In this document: positions 59,241-64,000 of the stretch, one piece after another | Layout of the letters: each line of letters begins with the position of its first letter | Position numbering within the stretch: position 1 is the stretch's first letter | Assembly (NCBI GenBank): GCA_963695095.1 | Contig: CAVOFT010000001.1 | Coordinates: forward strand, 864,001 to 928,000 | DNA from: an uncultured bacterium | Lineage (GTDB): Bacteria > Krumholzibacteriota > Krumholzibacteriia > JACNKJ01 | Length of the DNA: 64,000 nucleotides | Reading direction: 5' to 3' | Translations under genes and position numbers: made by a program | Notes under the pieces: model-generated | What the model was told of the DNA's origin: nothing | The model's input: the letters and a program-made list of their open reading frames with translations, nothing else | The model's database searches: none

Positions 59241-61743
59241 ATGGCCACGTCCTTCCATGGCTACGAGATCCGGGAGAAGATCGGCGGCGGCGGCATGTCC
59301 ACCGTCTACAAAGGCGTGCACAAGACGCTGGGCTACCCCGTCGCCATCAAGATCCTGCATCCGGGCCTGGCGGGGGACGCCAGCTTCATCGCGCGCTTCG
59401 AGCGGGAGGCCAAGGCCGCCTCGGCGCTGCGCAGCAACAACATCGCCTCGGTGAACGACTTCGGCCAGGAGGACGAGGTCTACTTCATCGTGATGGAGTA
59501 CATCGACGGCATGGATCTGGCCAAGGTCTTCGAGGCCCTGCAGGGCGGGCGCGGCAAGCCCAAGGCCGTGCCGGTGGAGATGACCCTGGCGCTGCTCGAA
59601 GAGGTGGCCTACGGGCTCAAGCTGGCCCACGAGCACGGCATCATCCACCGTGACATCAAGCCCAGCAACATCCTGCTCAACAGCCGCGGCGAGGTGAAGA
59701 TCGCCGACTTCGGCCTGGCCCGCAACACGGGCAACCTGCCCAGCCCCAGCTACAGGGATCTCACCAGCCCCGGCACCGTGGTGGGCACGCCCTCCTACAT
59801 GTCGCCCGAGCAGGCGGCCGGCCAGGACGACCTCGACAGCCGCACGGACATCTTCTCCCTGGGCGTGATGGCCTATCAGTTCCTCACGGGAGAGAAGCCC
59901 TTCCAGGCCGACAGCCCGACGGAAGTCCAGTTCAAGATCATCAACGAGCAGCCCAAGCCGCTGGACCGCAAGCGCGTGCCCCTGCTCACGCCGGCCATCG
60001 AGGCGATGGTGACCAAGCTGCTCGCCAAGAAGCCCGACCACCGCTACCAGAACATGGACCAGGTGCTCAGGGCCATCAAGGAAGCCGAGGAGAGCATCGA
60101 CAGCTCGGGCAGCCTGAGCAAGTACCGCCGCGACTACCTGAGCAGCTTCGCCAAGGATCCGGTGGGCTTCAGCGAAGAGCTGCGCGTCAAGAGCATCAAG
60201 AGCCACCTCAAGCTCGGCTTCCACTTCAAGAACCAGGGCCGCGCCAACATCGACGACGCCGTGCGCGAGTTCAGCTACGTGCTCTCGCTGGACCCCGACA
60301 ACACGCAAGCGGCCAGCGCCATGTCCGAGATCTACACCGAGGACGAGGGCAGCGGCGCGGGGGCTCCGGCCGGCGTGGATGCCACGGCGGTGATGCCCGC
60401 CGGCACTGACGTGACCGCGGTGCTGCCGGGCGAAGGCAAGACGGCCCCGAGCCGGCCGGCCGCCGCCACGCCGCCGAGCGTCCCCCCGCCCGGCAAGCCA
60501 GCCGCGGCGCCGCCCAAACCCTCGCCGCCGAAACCCCAGGCGCCCAAGCCCGCCGCGGCGAAGCCCGTGGCCGCTCGCACGGAGCGCGCCGGCATTCCCC
60601 GGCGCTGGCTCCTGATCGGGGGCGGGGTGCTGGTCGTGGCCCTGCTGGCCTTCCTCGTGCCCAGGCTGTTCAAGGGCGGCGGCGAGACGCCGGCCCCGCC
60701 GCCGGCAGCGCCCGCCGCGCGAGCGGCGACGCTCTTCGTGCGCAGCACGCCGCCGGACGCCGCCGTCTGGCTGCGCCGGGCGGGCGAGGCCGAGTTCCGC
60801 GACACGGGCCGCCGCAGCGACTGCCTGCTCACCGGCCTCGCGGCCGGCGCCTACGAAGTGCGGCTCGTCAAGGAGGGCTTCACGGAGGCGACCCTGCCCT
60901 TCAGCGTGGCGGCCGGCGACAGCGGCCGCGTGGCGACGAGCCTGGCCGCGGCCCTGCCCGCGGCGGCGGAGACCCCGACGCCGCCGGCGGCCGTCGCCAC
61001 CGGCGACGCCTTCCTCAGCGTGGGCAGCAACCCGGCCGGCGCCACCGTGTCCATGCGCCAGCGCGGCGAGTCGCGCTACCGCGATGTGGGCACCACGCCC
61101 TACCGCAGCCATGCGCTGGAGCCCGGGCGCTGGGAGATCAAGGTCGCGCTGGCCGGGCATCAGGAGGAGAGCACGGGCCGCACGCTCTCGGCGGGGCGCA
61201 CCGACGAGATCTTCTTCCCGCTCAAGAAGCAGGCGGCGGCCGGCGGCAACGGCTACCTGGACCTGATCGTCTCGCCCTACGGCGACATCTACGTGGACGG
61301 CCAGCGCGTGGCCGAGGAGGCGCGGCGCGCGGTGCTGCCGGTGACGAGCGGCCGCAAGCACGCGGTCTCGGTGCGGCACCCGCTGACCTACGGGCGCATC
61401 GACCTGCCCGAGGTGGAAGTGGCGGCCGGCGACACCGTGGCGCTCGGCCGGCAGGCCTTCGCCTTCGGCTCCCTGGCCGTGGCCGCGACTCCGGCCGCCG
61501 ACGTCTACATCGACGGCGTGCGCGTGGGGCAGCAGACGCCCTTCCGCCTGGACCCGATGGCGGCCGGCGAGCATCGCGTCAGCGTGCTCAAGTCAGGGAT
61601 TCAAGATCCTGCGGGCCGAGTTGCTGACGGACGCGGGCAGCCGCGAGCTCAGCGCCGTGGGCAGCGGCAGTCCCCCGCAATATGCCATTCGCCTGCGCGA
61701 AGGCGAGAAGTTGCGCCTGAAGTTCACCTTGGCGGCGCAGTGA
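59241..61743 (+). CDS. Membrane Ser/Thr kinase with TPR segment and periplasmic PEGA domains (PpkA/PknB-like); frameshift near 61600
   Basis: IGGGGMSTVY, VAIK, HRDIKPSN, DFG, GTPSYMSPEQ, TM, then 'S.P..A.V' PEGA repeats. The likely true C-terminus (...LKFTLAAQ*) lies in the shifted frame ending at 61743; the track ORF ends at 61766. Confidence 0.93.
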
Positions 61744-61827
61744 GCCACCCGGGTTTTCGCTTGTGATCGCCTGCGGCATGGCGGACAATCCGGCCGCAGT
61801 GGGCCCCTTCACATGGGAGGCGAGTCG

Positions 61828-62421
61828 ATGCTGTCCTTCTTCCTGGATCGGCGAGTTCTGCGCCCGACGGCCGCGGCCGTCCTCGTCGCCTTCGCCCTGC
61901 TCGTGCTGCCCTTGCCGGCCTGGCAGGGCACTGCCCGCGCCGATGCCCTCGCCGATCTGAGCGCGGCCCGCAATCACTACGAGTTCGCCGAGTTCGATCA
62001 GGGCGTGGCGATCCTGCAGCGGCTCGTCACGGGCAAGCAGCTCAGCGGCGAGTCGCTGCGCGACGCCTACATCCTGCTGGCGCGCTGCCAGGTGGGCAAG
62101 GGCAACGAGCCGCAGGCCCTGGACGCCTTCTGCTCGGCCATCTGCCTGGACAAGACCTGGCGCCCGGATGCGGTCTTCTTCCCCCAGGACGAGATCGAGA
62201 CCTTCCACAAGGCGCTCGAGGCCTGCAAGTGCGCCGAGCAGGCGGCCGCGCCGGCCCCTGCGAAGAAGGACGAGGAGGGGGGCGGCATGCCCAAGTGGGT
62301 GTACTACGCGGGCGGCGCGGTGGTGCTGGGCCTGGTGGCGGTGCTGGCCCTGGGCGGCGGCGGCGACGATGAAAATCCTGGCCCCAGCCTGCCCGGCTTC
62401 CCCGATCCGCCGAGCGACTAG
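61828..62421 (+). CDS. Exported TPR-like protein with C-terminal hydrophobic/Gly-rich segment
   Basis: Signal peptide, helical repeat, then KWVYYAGGAVVLGLVAVLALGGGG...LPGFPDPP. Confidence 0.7.
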   Translation: MLSFFLDRRVLRPTAAAVLVAFALLVLPLPAWQGTARADALADLSAARNHYEFAEFDQGVAILQRLVTGKQLSGESLRDAYILLARCQVGKGNEPQALDAFCSAICLDKTWRPDAVFFPQDEIETFHKALEACKCAEQAAAPAPAKKDEEGGGMPKWVYYAGGAVVLGLVAVLALGGGGDDENPGPSLPGFPDPPSD

Positions 62422-62458
62422 GCGCGCCGGAGACATCCTGCCGATTCCCGAGGGAGCC

Positions 62459-63046
62459 ATGCAACCCGAAGAGGTGATGGAGCGCCTGCGCGCGACCGGA
62501 GCCCTGCTCGAGGGCCACTTCCAGCTCAGCAGCGGCCGGCACAGCGACCGCTACGTGCAGTGCGCGCGCCTGCTGGCGGTGACCCCGGTCGCGGCCGAAG
62601 TGGGCGCAGCCCTCTCCGCCCGCCTGCCCGCGGAGCTCGACCTCATCGTCAGCCCGGCCCTGGGCGGCCTCATCATCGGCCACGAGGTGGCCCGCGCCCG
62701 GCGCCTGCCCTTCTACTTCACCGAGCGCGAAGCGGGGGCGATGGTCTTTCGTCGGGGCTTCGCCGTGCCGCCGGGCGCGCGCTGCGCGGTGGTGGAGGAC
62801 GTGGTCACCTCGGGCGGCAGCCTGCTCGAGGCCGCCGCCGCCCTGCGCGCGGCGGGCGGCGTGCTGGTGGCCGCCGCCGCGATCGTGGACCGCAGCGGCG
62901 CCGCGCCGCCGGACTTCGGCGCGCCCTTCGTCTCGCTGCTCAAGCTCGAGGTGAAGAACTGGGAGCCGGCCGACTGCCCGCTCTGCGCGGCGGGGTCCAC
63001 GGCGGTCAAGCCCGGCAGCCGGCACCTCGGACTGGGGAAGGGCTAG
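62459..63046 (+). CDS. pyrE: Orotate phosphoribosyltransferase
   Basis: GALLEGHF.LSSG.HS..Y.QCA, SPALGG, VVEDVVTSGGS, CPLC......KPGSR. Confidence 0.96.
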   Translation: MQPEEVMERLRATGALLEGHFQLSSGRHSDRYVQCARLLAVTPVAAEVGAALSARLPAELDLIVSPALGGLIIGHEVARARRLPFYFTEREAGAMVFRRGFAVPPGARCAVVEDVVTSGGSLLEAAAALRAAGGVLVAAAAIVDRSGAAPPDFGAPFVSLLKLEVKNWEPADCPLCAAGSTAVKPGSRHLGLGKG

Positions 63047-63048
63047 CG

Positions 63049-63447
63049 ATGCGACGGGAGCTGTTCTTGACCGCCGCGGCCGCCTTGATGGCAGCGCTGG
63101 GCGTCGTGCGCGGCGCGGGCGGGCTGGCGCTGCTGCTCGAGGGGCCGGCCCTGGACCCGAACATCCGAGCCGGGGCCACGGCCACCGCGCTGCTGGGCGC
63201 CGTCCTGCTCGGCCTGGGCCTCTTGCTCGTGGTGGCGGCCATCGGCGTGTTCCGCCGCCTGCGCGGCTTCTGGTTGCTCGGCATTCTCGCCGCGCCCGCC
63301 TTCGTCGTCGACGGAACGATCAACGGCTTCGTCCTCTACGGCCGCCCCGGCGCCGGCGGCACGGTGGCCAACCTGGCCGCCGCGGGGCTGATCATCGGCT
63401 CGCTGCTGCTCGGCCGATCGGCGCTCCGGAGCAGCGGCCGCAGCTAG
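63049..63447 (+). CDS. Small 4-TM membrane protein
   Basis: ATG 2 bp after the pyrE stop, four hydrophobic segments. Confidence 0.7.
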   Translation: MRRELFLTAAAALMAALGVVRGAGGLALLLEGPALDPNIRAGATATALLGAVLLGLGLLLVVAAIGVFRRLRGFWLLGILAAPAFVVDGTINGFVLYGRPGAGGTVANLAAAGLIIGSLLLGRSALRSSGRS

Positions 63448-63557
63448 GCGCCGCGCGGACTGCGCGCGCGAGGTGGCGCGGGGGAACCTGCGCGGTCGTC
63501 CGGGACTACCGCAGCGGTGCGCAACGGGAGGTGCAGGGATGAGGGCGTCAAGTTGCG

Positions 63558-63968
63558 GTGTCGGGGTTCCTAGCTTGCGCGCTCCTGATCGGGCTCGGCT
63601 GCTCCCGCTGCAAGGACTCGGAAGACGTGGGCGTCCGCCTCGTTTGGTGCGACTCGCTGACACTTCCCGCCGCCATCAACACCAGCGACACCCTCAGGAT
63701 CGGCTACTTCGGCTGGGTTCCCGAAGCGTCGTACTCACCGAAGCTCTCGCATATCGAGGCAGCCCGCGAGGCGGATTCTCTCGAATTGCGCATCTGGGCG
63801 TATGCCCGGCGCTGGCTCGGTGAGTGCGGTACCGTGATGCCACCCTCGCAAGACTGGGTCGAAGGCGTGCACGCTGAACCGCCGCCGTGGCCGGCCGACT
63901 CCATCCGAATCGTGCTGCACCGGCCCGGGGCATCGCCCTGGGTGCGCTGGGTGCGCGTACTGCCCTGA
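63558..63968 (+). CDS. Hypothetical lipoprotein; start uncertain
   Basis: Lipobox-like LIGLGC, beta-rich body, less GC-biased codons. Confidence 0.5.
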   Translation: MSGFLACALLIGLGCSRCKDSEDVGVRLVWCDSLTLPAAINTSDTLRIGYFGWVPEASYSPKLSHIEAAREADSLELRIWAYARRWLGECGTVMPPSQDWVEGVHAEPPPWPADSIRIVLHRPGASPWVRWVRVLP

Positions 63969-64000
63969 AGCCCGCCGCCCGGAGCTGCTCCTCGCCATGC

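Noticed and set aside
1..64000. CRISPR array, rRNA or tRNA genes
   Set aside because: No regularly spaced direct repeats or recognisable structural-RNA sequences were seen by eye. A covariance search was not possible.

Overview
High-GC bacterial DNA. C-terminal FlgD-Ig/T9SS-like sorting domains and an 'S-x-x-A-I-K-A-L-Y' tail suggest an FCB-group lineage such as Latescibacterota or Krumholzibacteriota (inference). Gene order: (1) a WG-repeat lipoprotein. (2) A surface-polysaccharide locus with rmlC, an SLBB export protein, an apparent Wzz-Wzy/ligase fusion, Wzx, GT2, GT4 and a WecA-like gene. (3) A secreted zincin with an FlgD domain, an M42/M28 peptidase and a SirB1-like gene. (4) A PyrR-attenuated operon pyrR-B-C-(TPR)-K-D-F. 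(5) About 39 kb holding a complete proteobacterial-type T6SS and a Thr-phosphorylation operon, after which pyrE appears. The T6SS comprises tssA,B,C,hcp,tagJ,E,F,G,H,vgrG, a candidate effector/immunity pair, PAAR, DUF2169 and tssJ,K,L,M. The phosphorylation operon encodes Zn-ribbon-FHA, FHA-FHA-lytic transglycosylase, VWA-FHA, PP2C and a PEGA kinase. The most striking unannotated structure is a 1.3-kb element at 39725-41035. It carries only a DUF222-like/HNH nuclease gene, is bounded by ~55-bp imperfect terminal inverted repeats and a duplicated CTAG, has its own near-consensus promoter and a structured 3' end, and encodes no transposase. Many genes are broken by single-base indels, most plausibly long-read errors. 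No rRNA, tRNA or CRISPR array was seen.
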